Shown piece by piece: positions 27,448 to 37,476 of a stretch of DNA of 64,000 nt. The stretch is from an uncultured Verrucomicrobiae bacterium (GTDB lineage Bacteria; Chlamydiota; Chlamydiia; Chlamydiales; Rhabdochlamydiaceae), in contig OY970364.1 in the NCBI GenBank assembly GCA_963718565.1, positions 256,001 through 320,000 on the forward strand. The letters are read 5' to 3'. Position 1 is the stretch's first letter. Every line of letters begins with the position of its first letter. A program made the translations under genes and the position numbers. The notes under the pieces are model-generated. The model had not been told where the DNA came from. It was given only the letters and a program-made list of their open reading frames with translations, and did not search any database.

Positions 27448-30400
27448 AATCCCCCTCTTTTTAAGGGGGCCTGCCACACTTGCTTAAGAGCAAAAATATC
27501 TTCCTGAAGGATTCTTTTTCCCGATCTTCCTTCAATGATCAATTGTCGAGCATCGCGCACAATCCCAATCTGTGCACATAGACTGGAATTCAATGCCGCT
27601 TCAAAAGCCTCTTTGAATCGAGGATCGATCGTCACGACAAATCGGCTTGGCGACTCTGAAAAAAGAATCTCTGCATCGCAACTGGTGTCTTTTGTGATGA
27701 CCTGGCTTAAGTTCACTTCAAGACCATATCCGCCTGAAAAAGCTTTTTCTGCCAAAGCAACACCTAATCCTCCTTCAGAGCAATCGTGACAAGAAGCGAC
27801 CAAATTCTCTTGAATCGCCTGGAAAAGAGAACGATATAACCTCTTAGCAGCGTCGCATTCTACTTTCGGGACGATGCCTCCCGTTTGTTTTTTCATTGCA
27901 AGATATTCGGAACCCCCCATTTCTTTTTTGGTCAATCCGAGAAGATAAATGAGGTCTCCGGGCTGCTTGACATCCATTGTGATCGCTTTTGCAAGAGAGG
28001 GGATTTTGCCGACCGCAGTGATCAGCAATGTCGGAGGCACTGAAATTTTCACATTCCCAATCTTGTAATCATTTTTCATGCTATCCTTGCCAGAAATGAT
28101 CGGGGTTTGAAAAGCTTTTGAAGCTTCATAAAGCCCTCGATTGGCTCGCACAAGTTGAGCTAATTTGAATTTTCCGTCAGGATTTTTTTCGGGATCATAA
28201 ATAGGATCAGGCCAACAGAAATTATCGAGGATAGCGATGCGATCGGGGTTGGCTCCGACAGCGACCTGATTGCGGATTGCCTCATCTAGCGCGCAACAGG
28301 CCATTGCGTAAGGGTCAATGTCGCCATACCGAGGGCAAATTCCATTCGAAATCACGATCCCTTCTCCTTGACATTCCATCGGCGAAAGAATAGCTGCATC
28401 GCCGGGACCATCGTAAGCTGCGCCGACAAGGGGTTTTAGCATGCTGGCTGCTTGCACTTCACCGTCGTACTGCCGAATAATGCTTTCTTTGCTGCAAATA
28501 TTATAACGTGAAAGAAGCTGCTTCAAATCTGCTCCCAAATCAGAAGGGACAAGGGAAACGGATCGTTGTTCCGGCGCATTCCATTCCGCTTCTAGTTGCA
28601 ACTGCGGCAGGCCGTCATGAAGAAAGTCAAGGGAGAGCAAAGCAACGGTCTTTTCTTTCCACAGCACGTGAAAAAGACCCGTTTGTGTGAACGTTCCAAT
28701 CACAGCCATGTCCACTTCGTGGAAGTCAGCCAATGCTTCTAATTTCTGTTTCTCTTCGGGACTAACGGCCAGGGTCATCCGCTCTTGCGATTCGCTTAAA
28801 AGGATTTCCCAAGGAGAAAGAAAGGGATTTTTGAGCAGGACTTGATCCAAATGGATTTCACATCCTCCACAGAGAAGGGCCAACTCTCCCACCGACGAAG
28901 ATAGTCCTCCTGCCCCATTATCTGTCACTGTTCGGTAAAGCCCTAAGTCCCGGGCTTCTAATAAAAAATCATGCAGTTTTTTTTGGGTGAAAGGATCGCC
29001 AATTTGAACAGCAGTATGAGAACTTTGTTCATGGAGTTCTTGAGAAGAAAAAGTCGCACCTCGAAGGCCGTCTTTACCCGTCCTGCCTCCTACGATGACG
29101 ATCCAATCTCCGCATAAGATTGTTTTGATATGGCTTGGAGTGGAAAGAATTGTTGGGGGAATCATCCCGACTGTGCCGCAATAAACAAGCGGCTTTCCCA
29201 AATAACGCTCATCAAAAAGCAGAGCCCCATTGACTGTAGGAATTCCACTTTTATTTCCTCCATGCTCAATCCCTTTGCAAACCCCTTCCATCACGCGTTT
29301 TGGATGCATGAGCTTCTCTGGAATGGGGCCCGTATAATCAGGAGGAGCAAAACACAAGACATCCATGTTGGCTATGGGTTTGGATCCCTTGCCCGTTCCT
29401 AAAATATCGCGGTTCACTCCCAAGATGCCGGTCACAGCGCCGCCATAAGGATCCAAAGCACAAGGACTATTATGCGTTTCTACCTTACATGTAAGATCCG
29501 TCATCTCATTAAAGCGAATGATGCCCGCGTTATCTTCGAATGTAGAGACTAGCCAATCGATTGTGGCCCTCATTTCTTCTGTGGCTTTTTTGATATATGT
29601 GCGGAATAGGCTATCGATGAGGGTATTTTCATGGGGATCGCGATAGAAGATGCGCGCATTAAAAATTTTGTGTTTGCAATGCTCGCTCCAGGTTTGGGCA
29701 ATGGCTTCCAATTCCACATCTGTCGGATGTCGTGGGAGTCCATAAGAAGCGCGCTGTGCGATCACTTCTTCTTTTTCGAAATAAGATCTGATCGCAAGCA
29801 TTTCCTCTCTGTTCAGCGCGAGCTCGCGCGACTGACTGATCTCCATCAATCCCTTTTCATCTTTGTCGATAGCGATGATCTCCACATCCGCATTGTGCGT
29901 TAATGATTCTTCATTGTGGAATAGACCCTGTCCAGAGATCAGCTCATCTCTAGATGCCACAGAGATCTCTTCAATGATCGGATTTGCCAAGAGCTCTTTG
30001 CCGATTCTCACCACATCCTCACGCCCTAATTCGCCTTTCAAAAAATACTGCTTAGAGGTGAGGACCTTTTCATGTTCGGCAAAGCAAGTTCCTAAAAAAT
30101 CCTCAATGGAGATTTGAGCGGTTATTCCGAGATTATCTGTAAGGCCCTTTTTTAACCTAATTTCTAAACACCAATCAAAGTGAAAGTGAAAAGATATATC
30201 CTTACTTGATGTTTCAATCACTGGATCGACAAGAACTTTTTGGGCAATTGTTTCAAGCCCTTCGTCATTAAAGCTTTTACAAATTGTGTACACTTGAACA
30301 ATCTGGACGTGTTCTACATCGATCCCAAGGTAAGTTCTCATGGAATGGGCAAGATCTGATGCTTGTAAGTTCTCGAAATTCGGGCGTGCATAGACAAAAA

Positions 30401-30461
30401 TCTGCGGATTAGCCTTTTTCATCGCTAAGATCGAAGAAAACACATTCTCAGCTATCTCCAT
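27444..30461 (-). CDS. purL: FGAM synthase synthetase subunit with PurS-like N-terminal extension
   Basis: QTWSEHCKHKIF, ETHNSP, DNGAGGLSSS and SESQERM. Confidence 0.95.
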   Translation of the reverse strand: MEIAENVFSSILAMKKANPQIFVYARPNFENLQASDLAHSMRTYLGIDVEHVQIVQVYTICKSFNDEGLETIAQKVLVDPVIETSSKDISFHFHFDWCLEIRLKKGLTDNLGITAQISIEDFLGTCFAEHEKVLTSKQYFLKGELGREDVVRIGKELLANPIIEEISVASRDELISGQGLFHNEESLTHNADVEIIAIDKDEKGLMEISQSRELALNREEMLAIRSYFEKEEVIAQRASYGLPRHPTDVELEAIAQTWSEHCKHKIFNARIFYRDPHENTLIDSLFRTYIKKATEEMRATIDWLVSTFEDNAGIIRFNEMTDLTCKVETHNSPCALDPYGGAVTGILGVNRDILGTGKGSKPIANMDVLCFAPPDYTGPIPEKLMHPKRVMEGVCKGIEHGGNKSGIPTVNGALLFDERYLGKPLVYCGTVGMIPPTILSTPSHIKTILCGDWIVIVGGRTGKDGLRGATFSSQELHEQSSHTAVQIGDPFTQKKLHDFLLEARDLGLYRTVTDNGAGGLSSSVGELALLCGGCEIHLDQVLLKNPFLSPWEILLSESQERMTLAVSPEEKQKLEALADFHEVDMAVIGTFTQTGLFHVLWKEKTVALLSLDFLHDGLPQLQLEAEWNAPEQRSVSLVPSDLGADLKQLLSRYNICSKESIIRQYDGEVQAASMLKPLVGAAYDGPGDAAILSPMECQGEGIVISNGICPRYGDIDPYAMACCALDEAIRNQVAVGANPDRIAILDNFCWPDPIYDPEKNPDGKFKLAQLVRANRGLYEASKAFQTPIISGKDSMKNDYKIGNVKISVPPTLLITAVGKIPSLAKAITMDVKQPGDLIYLLGLTKKEMGGSEYLAMKKQTGGIVPKVECDAAKRLYRSLFQAIQENLVASCHDCSEGGLGVALAEKAFSGGYGLEVNLSQVITKDTSCDAEILFSESPSRFVVTIDPRFKEAFEAALNSSLCAQIGIVRDARQLIIEGRSGKRILQEDIFALKQVWQAPLKRGGL

Positions 30462-31417
30462 TGCATTTTTTCTCCTCGGATAACCTCTCCAATGATGAAA
30501 CAATCTTTTTCATGATCGCAGAGATCTTTTGCAGAAGCAGAAGGAAGGGCAAGGACAAAACCGATCCCCATATTGAACACGCGTTTCATTTCTTCTTCGG
30601 CAACTCCTCCTTTCTCTTGCAAATAACGAAAAATCGGAAGGATGGGCCAACTATTGTTAAATAAAACTGCGCTGAGGCCCATGGGCAGCATTCGGGGAAT
30701 GTTTTTCTGAAAAGATCCTCCCGTGATGTGAGCCATTGCCTTAATGGGGAATTTAGAGAGTAGATGTTGTACCTTTTTGACGTAAATGCGCGTGGGCGTC
30801 AAAAGAAGCTGACCTAAAGTTTTTCCACTCTCATCCATGCTTTTTTGGAGTTCACGCGGGTCATCGCCGATGATGGTTCTAATAAGAGAAAACCCATTGC
30901 TGTGCGGGCCGCTAGAGGTTAAGCCCACAAGGAGATCACCGGCTTGGACATCACTTCCATCAATGCGCTGTTTTTGCTTGACAATGCCTACTGCAAACCC
31001 GGCTAAATCATATTCGCCTGCCTTATAGAAATCCGGCATCTGCGCCGTCTCACCCCCAATAAGAGCACATCCTGCTTCATTGCAACCTTGTAAAATTCCG
31101 GCAATCACTTTTTCCATTTGGGGAATTTCCAGTTTTGAGGTGGCAACGTAATCCAGGAAAAAAAGCGGCCGAGCGCCACAGGTCAAAATATCGTTGACAT
31201 TCATCGCTACAAGATCGATGCCCACCGTATCATGCTGATTCAAAGCGAAGGCAATTTTGAGTTTTGTTCCTACGCCGTCTGTGCTCGCGACGAGAAAATC
31301 TTCTCCCAGAGGATAAAGGCCGCCAAAACCTCCCACCGAAGACGACATTGTTTTTAATTGTTGTACCCATTGAGCTGCGGCATCGAGATTGACACCCGTT
31401 TGGAGATAAGAAGTCAT
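30452..31417 (-). CDS. purM: AIR synthetase
   Basis: STDGVGTK, GIDLVAMNVND, GGETAQMP, HSNGFSL and HITGG. Confidence 0.96.
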   Translation of the reverse strand: MTSYLQTGVNLDAAAQWVQQLKTMSSSVGGFGGLYPLGEDFLVASTDGVGTKLKIAFALNQHDTVGIDLVAMNVNDILTCGARPLFFLDYVATSKLEIPQMEKVIAGILQGCNEAGCALIGGETAQMPDFYKAGEYDLAGFAVGIVKQKQRIDGSDVQAGDLLVGLTSSGPHSNGFSLIRTIIGDDPRELQKSMDESGKTLGQLLLTPTRIYVKKVQHLLSKFPIKAMAHITGGSFQKNIPRMLPMGLSAVLFNNSWPILPIFRYLQEKGGVAEEEMKRVFNMGIGFVLALPSASAKDLCDHEKDCFIIGEVIRGEKMQWR

Positions 31418-31432
31418 TTTCGATAACCCTTT

Positions 31433-31504
31433 GAGGGAACTGCAAAACTTCTCGCCGCATAAAATCATCGATTTTCTGCTGGCGAGGAGTTTTGCGATTC
31501 CCTC
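31433..31504. repeat. Family A short form
   Basis: Same termini with the internal modules absent; lies just upstream of purM. Confidence 0.8.
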
Positions 31505-31663
31505 CCTTGTTTAAAAAAAAGGAAAGCATATTCATTTTCTTTAAATCAAGAAAAAAATAGCGGGAAAAACGAGCTTGAGGTTAAATAATTTTTTGACCCA
31601 TATCACTCTCTTGATTATACATGGCTTTTGGGGGCTTGTGAAGTCAGTTGCAAGGAGCTTGGC

Positions 31664-32863
31664 TTGGAAAAATTGAACAAACATTTGTTGGTAATCCTTG
31701 CGACATCTTTATTCTGTTATTCTTTATCTGCAGACGAAGAGGTCGCTCAGATCGACAATGAAGTCCTAACAAGAACGGACAATTTACCGGTAGAAACTTT
31801 GGCTGGGGCTTCGGATTCTTACCTAGAAGGGTATATCCAGGCTCTGATTGATGTGCACTATTATGAGTATCAGGTTGCTGTCATTGTCAAAGACCACAAA
31901 GTCCAGCTTGCGAATCTTCCCCATAACGACCTGCTCGCAAAGAGTATCATTGCGTTTGTCAAAGACCTGCCGGGAGTCACGGAAGTCGAGGTTGTCGATC
32001 TTTCCAAAGAAGAATTAGAAAAACATAAACAGTACGTCGAGCAGCCTAGGGTTGGCGGCATCTGGTTTCCGCAGTCCACCATCTTGTTTGCGCCCTTAGT
32101 TGCCGACCCAAGGCAGCCGACAAACTCGGCAGCGCTGAGGGTGGGCGACAAAGTGATCGGAGATGTCGTCGCTGCTGTTTCACTTGGGGATGATTTTCCT
32201 ATTTTTCGCTGGCTAGATGTGTTTCGCTGGCACGGAGATTTGCAGATTGGGATCGAGGCCGGCATCTGGTCGGTATTTAACTACAAAAACATTCCCCATC
32301 GCAAAAAACATGAAACTTGCGAACTGGTCAACACGGACTTCCTTGTCGGTATTCCACTCACATACGCTGCGGACAGATGGTCATTCCGTCTACGAGTCTA
32401 TCACATTTCTTCGCATTTAGGAGATGAGTATTTGTGCAATCACCATGCTTGCCATCGACGAAAAAATCCTAGCATGGAAGCCATTGATTTTTTCTCTTCT
32501 TATCAATTCTCAAGCCATTTACGGGCGTATTTTGGACCAGGAGTTGTTTTCCATAGCGACCCCACATTTAAAATCAAACCCCTCTATGTCGAGTACGGCG
32601 CTGAACTGAGAGTTTTGGGAACAAAATTCTCCTACCACCGCATTTACGGAACACCCTTTTTTGCCATCCATTTGGAAAACTGGCAAGAGCGGCATTGGGA
32701 TCTAGATTTGACCGTAAAGCTCGGTTACGAGATCAGTAAATTGCAAGGAATAGGCCGCAAAATGCGGGTATACGTCGATTATCACCATGGCTTTTCTTAC
32801 GAAGGACAGTTCTTCAACAAGCGCACTCAATATGGCGAGTTTGGAGTTTCTTGGGGCTTTTAA
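31664..32863 (+). CDS. DUF1207-like exported/outer-membrane protein (chlamydial conserved)
   Basis: Signal peptide, PLVADPRQP, HISSHLGDE and terminal Phe; the start codon is approximate. Confidence 0.7.
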   Translation: MEKLNKHLLVILATSLFCYSLSADEEVAQIDNEVLTRTDNLPVETLAGASDSYLEGYIQALIDVHYYEYQVAVIVKDHKVQLANLPHNDLLAKSIIAFVKDLPGVTEVEVVDLSKEELEKHKQYVEQPRVGGIWFPQSTILFAPLVADPRQPTNSAALRVGDKVIGDVVAAVSLGDDFPIFRWLDVFRWHGDLQIGIEAGIWSVFNYKNIPHRKKHETCELVNTDFLVGIPLTYAADRWSFRLRVYHISSHLGDEYLCNHHACHRRKNPSMEAIDFFSSYQFSSHLRAYFGPGVVFHSDPTFKIKPLYVEYGAELRVLGTKFSYHRIYGTPFFAIHLENWQERHWDLDLTVKLGYEISKLQGIGRKMRVYVDYHHGFSYEGQFFNKRTQYGEFGVSWGF

Positions 32864-32866
32864 AGA

Positions 32867-34990
32867 CTATTTCACAATGACGAACCCATCTTCATAGGGA
32901 GGATACTCAAATCCAATGGCAAGGCTGTTGGAAAAGAACTGTCGGTAAACTTTTAGGCCCTGTTCGGCATTGGTGACGCAGTACAAGCAATTGCTCACCC
33001 ATTGAGATCCTTTGATTGTCCCTGCTTGAAGATTGCACTGGTAGCGCGAGGTGATTTTTTGACGCCAGTAGTCAGGGCTTCCAAAGAGAAGGACAGGCGT
33101 TGGGGTGATGGACCCCACTTTGCGCCTCACTTCTTCCAGACAATATTCAAAATCGGTTCCATATCCTCCTGTGAGGATGATCGGAAAATCCAGATTGAAT
33201 TCCGACTGACGTTCGACGAGTTTGTCGAGCCGGTAGGTCATTTTTGCCTCGATGTAAGGGTTCTGCTTTTGTTCCTGGATATTAAGATTGCCGCTATTGC
33301 GAAAGTCGACGATGTTGGCGCAAGAGAGGATCCCCGTGCGTTTAGCGACGCGATTGCCCACTTCCATCAATCCCGGTCCGCCGCCAGTCACAAGGGCGAT
33401 CGGTGTGTCAGGATTTAATAAACGGTGGTTATATTCCGAGCGCATAGCGATGATGCCGCGCATCATGAGGGTCAGTTCTTCTTCAAAATCTCCTTGCAAC
33501 AGCGTCGAGCCGTAAATGCCGAATGATGTCGCTTTGACAAAAGTATCAACCAGAGGATTGGGGACGAACATCCCAGAGTCTTTGTTGGGCTTAGGGACAT
33601 ATTGCAAAACATTGCCTGAGGTTTCATCCACCCAATAGACGGGAATGCCAAATTTGGCAAGATCGAGAAGCAAGGAACGATCTTCGTGTGAGAAAAAACT
33701 CCCATAGGCTAGCGAAGGATATTGAAAGTAAATTCCTTTGAGACAGCGTTGAACCAGATCGCTGAGCAGATGCCGTTTCATGACGGGCGAGGGGAAATAG
33801 CGGGTGAGCAGAACACCCTGAGAGGTGATTAACCCATCTTCTATCGCTTTTAAAAAGGGATATTCCGCCTGTTGTTCGATGTATCGCTGGACAAAAAGCG
33901 CTTGCTGAGCAGGATAAAAAAGACCAGGAAATTCGCTCATATGCGTTTCCCGCAAGATCCATGTGTGAGTTTGAAGATGGAGAAGCTGTTCGCCTTTAAC
34001 GACAAAGACACTCGCACGGTTCGAAATAGGCAGTGGAGCGGTCTGAAAAGCTTTGAACAAGGTCGCAGAATCTTCAAGACTGCTTTGTAACTGGTCGCGG
34101 TCGGCAAAAAAAACGTGTTCGCGATGCGGTTCCAAAGTATAGAATTCAATCGGCATGACATTCATTTCTTGATCTTCAGACGACCCGTAGAGTTCGTAAA
34201 CATCTCCTGAAGCTTTTGTGTCGGGCTCTAGGACATTAGCTGTAGTGTGATTGACTCCCAGCGGCAATAACGTATCGACAACTTTGCCATAAGCAGTTCG
34301 GATGTGCAAAGGCGCTGTCTGCACGAGCAGAATTTCTCCTTTAATGACTTTGCGTTGTGCTAAGGGAAGCCAAGTCTGATCAAGTTGGATCAATGTACGC
34401 AAGCGAAAAGAGCGATGTGTTAATGCCTTGCCAATCGTTGGCAAAAGCCCAAAAATTGCTTCATGATCGTAGGTGAGAGTTCCCTCTTGCAAGTGCAGAA
34501 AAGCAATTGTCCTGCCATCGATTTTCTCAAGGAGAAGGTCATCCCTACCTTTGGGTCCGCCAAGGGAAAGCAAGGGGCGTCCCTGGCGATCCGTGCGTCC
34601 GAACATCCTGAGAAGATAATCAGGATTACGCACCCGGCGGCGTGGGTCAGCGGCAAACAGCTTTCCGACATGCGCGCCTTCTGTGAGGTAATCGAGAAGA
34701 GCGATTGCAATTTTTCCATAGGCTTGGATATGAATCTGTACTTTTGCAGAGTGATTTTGCTCATCTAACTCATATTCATACAGAATCGCATTGAGGCCGA
34801 GCTGGGCCAGTGTGCTCTTTAAATTAAAGGAAATGTGTTCTTTCTCAATATGGAAACCGACAAAGGCTGGCGAAATATTCTGAATCAACAAGACAGCTTC
34901 GAACCCATCAGAAGCTGTGCGCTTTGACGAAGTGATGATGCCGTCGGGTGTAACAAGGTCAAAGTGCGCAGGAAAAAGATAACTTTCCAT
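32867..34990 (-). CDS. Chlamydial conserved protein with C-terminal LOG/lysine-decarboxylase-like domain
   Basis: TGGGPGLME and GGYGTDFE motifs. Confidence 0.75.
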   Translation of the reverse strand: MESYLFPAHFDLVTPDGIITSSKRTASDGFEAVLLIQNISPAFVGFHIEKEHISFNLKSTLAQLGLNAILYEYELDEQNHSAKVQIHIQAYGKIAIALLDYLTEGAHVGKLFAADPRRRVRNPDYLLRMFGRTDRQGRPLLSLGGPKGRDDLLLEKIDGRTIAFLHLQEGTLTYDHEAIFGLLPTIGKALTHRSFRLRTLIQLDQTWLPLAQRKVIKGEILLVQTAPLHIRTAYGKVVDTLLPLGVNHTTANVLEPDTKASGDVYELYGSSEDQEMNVMPIEFYTLEPHREHVFFADRDQLQSSLEDSATLFKAFQTAPLPISNRASVFVVKGEQLLHLQTHTWILRETHMSEFPGLFYPAQQALFVQRYIEQQAEYPFLKAIEDGLITSQGVLLTRYFPSPVMKRHLLSDLVQRCLKGIYFQYPSLAYGSFFSHEDRSLLLDLAKFGIPVYWVDETSGNVLQYVPKPNKDSGMFVPNPLVDTFVKATSFGIYGSTLLQGDFEEELTLMMRGIIAMRSEYNHRLLNPDTPIALVTGGGPGLMEVGNRVAKRTGILSCANIVDFRNSGNLNIQEQKQNPYIEAKMTYRLDKLVERQSEFNLDFPIILTGGYGTDFEYCLEEVRRKVGSITPTPVLLFGSPDYWRQKITSRYQCNLQAGTIKGSQWVSNCLYCVTNAEQGLKVYRQFFSNSLAIGFEYPPYEDGFVIVK

Positions 34991-35042
34991 ATAACGCCAA
35001 CAATAGTCAACCAGGGTAAAAAAAAGAAGCGTTTAGATGATA

Positions 35043-35068
35043 GAGGGAATTGCAAAACTCCTCGCCAG
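35043..35068. repeat. Family A single end (truncated)
   Basis: TA-GAGGGAATTGCAAAACTCCTCGCCAG, then unrelated sequence. Confidence 0.7.
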
Positions 35069-35128
35069 AGCAGCTACTCCCGTTAAAAACCGTTTGAAGA
35101 AGATATTTTACCACCCGCTCCGCAAGCT

Positions 35129-35388
35129 CCCCTGCACAATAATGACGGTGAGCAAGATATCCGAGGTGTGGCTAAACGAAGAAATATCTCTGGCACTACC
35201 AAAAGCGTAGAGGGCAGACAATTTCGAGACGGCCTATTGACGCTCAAGCAGACATGCGCCAGACTTGGCGTGAGCTTTTGGGAGTATTTGAGTCGGTGGT
35301 TTCGAGGGGATCCGATCGATTTAGCACAATTTGTTCATGAGCGTTATCAAACACCCTCTCCGGCCACACCTTGATTGGTAGCACGTAC
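35129..35388 (+). pseudogene. 3' remnant of the IS66-like transposase element
   Basis: Near-identical to about 44708-44967; similarity ends at GGTAGCACGTAC. Confidence 0.8.
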
Positions 35389-35584
35389 AAAAAAACTAAG
35401 GTCATGCGACGAGTTCCTTCTTTCAAGAAATTCACGGTGAAGTTAATCAACAATGCTGTTCCGCTTAGGCATCCCACCTAGCAATGCTTCAGGTCCTGAA
35501 AAACTAAAACATTTACTAAAATGGATTAAAAAAAGTATCTTCAATGTTTTATAAATTTTTAACTTTCCACAAAGGAGAAATTTT

Positions 35585-36844
35585 ATGTCAGACATGTGTG
35601 TTGATGCTTGTGAAGGTATTGATGATAGCGTTTACGGCTACCAGCCTGTAGAAGAAAACCCGACCGTTCTTTGGAATGGTCGTGAAGTGACTCTTGTTCA
35701 AGAAACGGATGAGAGATACAACAAAATCCTGCAAATCATCCATGCGGAACGTACTCAAGAACCTCCTTTAAAGCTGGAGACGGAAAATAATCTTGCCTCA
35801 CTCAGGGAACATGAGTCCCAATTCAACCCCTGTTTCAAAGCAACGGAGACGGTTGTAAACACTATTCTCAATGACCCACAATTTGACGCCTCCAAAGCAT
35901 CGTTAATTTCACGCGGCTGGTTAGAAATTGCCAGAACAGGCCATGAAAGAATCGATGAGGCTTTTAATGCGGTTGAAAAGGTGGAGGAAAATCAAACCGT
36001 TGCCAATTTTTTTGAAACTTTAGAAATAGGTGGCGCAGTCGGCAAATCATTAGTTTTTCCTCTTGAGCAGCCTTTAAAAGCTATTAGCAAATCAGTGTCT
36101 TCATTGCTCCCCGCATTAGAACCCCAACCTTCTCGATACTTTGAAACAGAAGGGATTAAACGAAAAGATATCATGATTACATTCGCAAATGGCATGGCTA
36201 ATAGATTTGAGGATGCAAAACGCAATCTGGATCATCTCAAACGATTAAGCGGCTCTGATCTTTGTCTAGAGGGAGTTTATAACCACACCAATGGCGCCAT
36301 TGCTGACCTCCTAGAAATTGCTCTTCTCAATTATCCTGGATATTCTCCAAACACTCAAGACCTGCTCGGACAAAAATGGGTGGAGTTTCATGAAAGAAAT
36401 CAGGATAACCCTGATGCGAAAATTTTGCATTTCTGCCATAGTCAAGGTGCAATTCATACAAGGAACACTTTGAATAGTCTTCCTCAAGAAATACGGGACA
36501 GAATCATTGTCGTTGCAATAGCACCAGCAGTGGTTATCTCTAGTGAATTGTGTTACCAATCATTCAATTATGCAAGTAAGAAAGATATTGTCCATCGTGG
36601 GGAAGATGTCATTGCAACTCTTGGGTTGTATGGGGCTATTTTTCACGATGAAGATACTGCAGGCCCGGACATGCTGAGACAACAGATTTTAGAGACTTAC
36701 TGCAAGAATAAAGCGCAGCTCATTTTACTTGAACCGCACGAAGGAGCCACGGGGATAGATCATAATTTGACAAGCCCAACTTTTATCCATCATATTACAC
36801 AACGGCTTGAAAGCTATCTAATGGGAAGTGTCGCATGCGATTAA
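35585..36844 (+). CDS. Hypothetical protein with alpha/beta-hydrolase-like (DUF687-like) domain
   Basis: ITFANGMAN, HFCHSQGAI nucleophile elbow, DIV and IDH candidate triad residues. Confidence 0.65.
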   Translation: MSDMCVDACEGIDDSVYGYQPVEENPTVLWNGREVTLVQETDERYNKILQIIHAERTQEPPLKLETENNLASLREHESQFNPCFKATETVVNTILNDPQFDASKASLISRGWLEIARTGHERIDEAFNAVEKVEENQTVANFFETLEIGGAVGKSLVFPLEQPLKAISKSVSSLLPALEPQPSRYFETEGIKRKDIMITFANGMANRFEDAKRNLDHLKRLSGSDLCLEGVYNHTNGAIADLLEIALLNYPGYSPNTQDLLGQKWVEFHERNQDNPDAKILHFCHSQGAIHTRNTLNSLPQEIRDRIIVVAIAPAVVISSELCYQSFNYASKKDIVHRGEDVIATLGLYGAIFHDEDTAGPDMLRQQILETYCKNKAQLILLEPHEGATGIDHNLTSPTFIHHITQRLESYLMGSVACD

Positions 36845-37368
36845 TCTTATTTTATCTTTTCACATTGTTACTTACTGGTTGCATTCCAAAACCTGGTCCT
36901 ATTGATCTTAAACCTCATCCTGCAAAGGAGATGGTCTTCGAAATTGAGAGGAAAGTCCTTTTGCAATTAAAAAAGGAGAAAAATCTTTACCCTTGTGAAT
37001 TTGGAAGCGGGGGGAACACCCCCGTTACTTTATTACATTGGGGATTTAATTATTATCACGAAGTGAATATTGAAAAAGCAAGAGAGCTGATTCTAATAGC
37101 AACACATCAATTTCTTGCAGAGATTAATGGCAATGAGAAAATCCGGCCTTACTTGGCATCTTACCCATTTAAACCAGAAAATCTCCAAGTTGAAATTTTT
37201 TTCTTTGAACAAAATGGCTCACTATTAGCATCTGAAAAATTATGCATCGTAGAAATAAATAGAGGTAAATTGAGGTATAAAATTGCTGTACCTAGTTCTG
37301 GGCTTCCTCTGACGACAATCTATCGAGAAACATATGAAGAAGCAATGGCTCAACTCAGCACTTTGTAG
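36835..37368 (+). CDS. Hypothetical lipoprotein, possible immunity partner
   Basis: Lipobox LLTGC; overlaps the upstream gene; IRPYLASYPF and ETYEEA motifs. Confidence 0.65.
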   Translation: MRLILFYLFTLLLTGCIPKPGPIDLKPHPAKEMVFEIERKVLLQLKKEKNLYPCEFGSGGNTPVTLLHWGFNYYHEVNIEKARELILIATHQFLAEINGNEKIRPYLASYPFKPENLQVEIFFFEQNGSLLASEKLCIVEINRGKLRYKIAVPSSGLPLTTIYRETYEEAMAQLSTL

Positions 37369-37476
37369 GTCTTTCCAACTTCGTTGCCAAGTACAACTTT
37401 TAGTTGCACCCATAGGAATGTGGTTCTTGAGCATTATTTTTTGCAAAGGTAGAATGGTACTTTATCGAGTGGCGCT

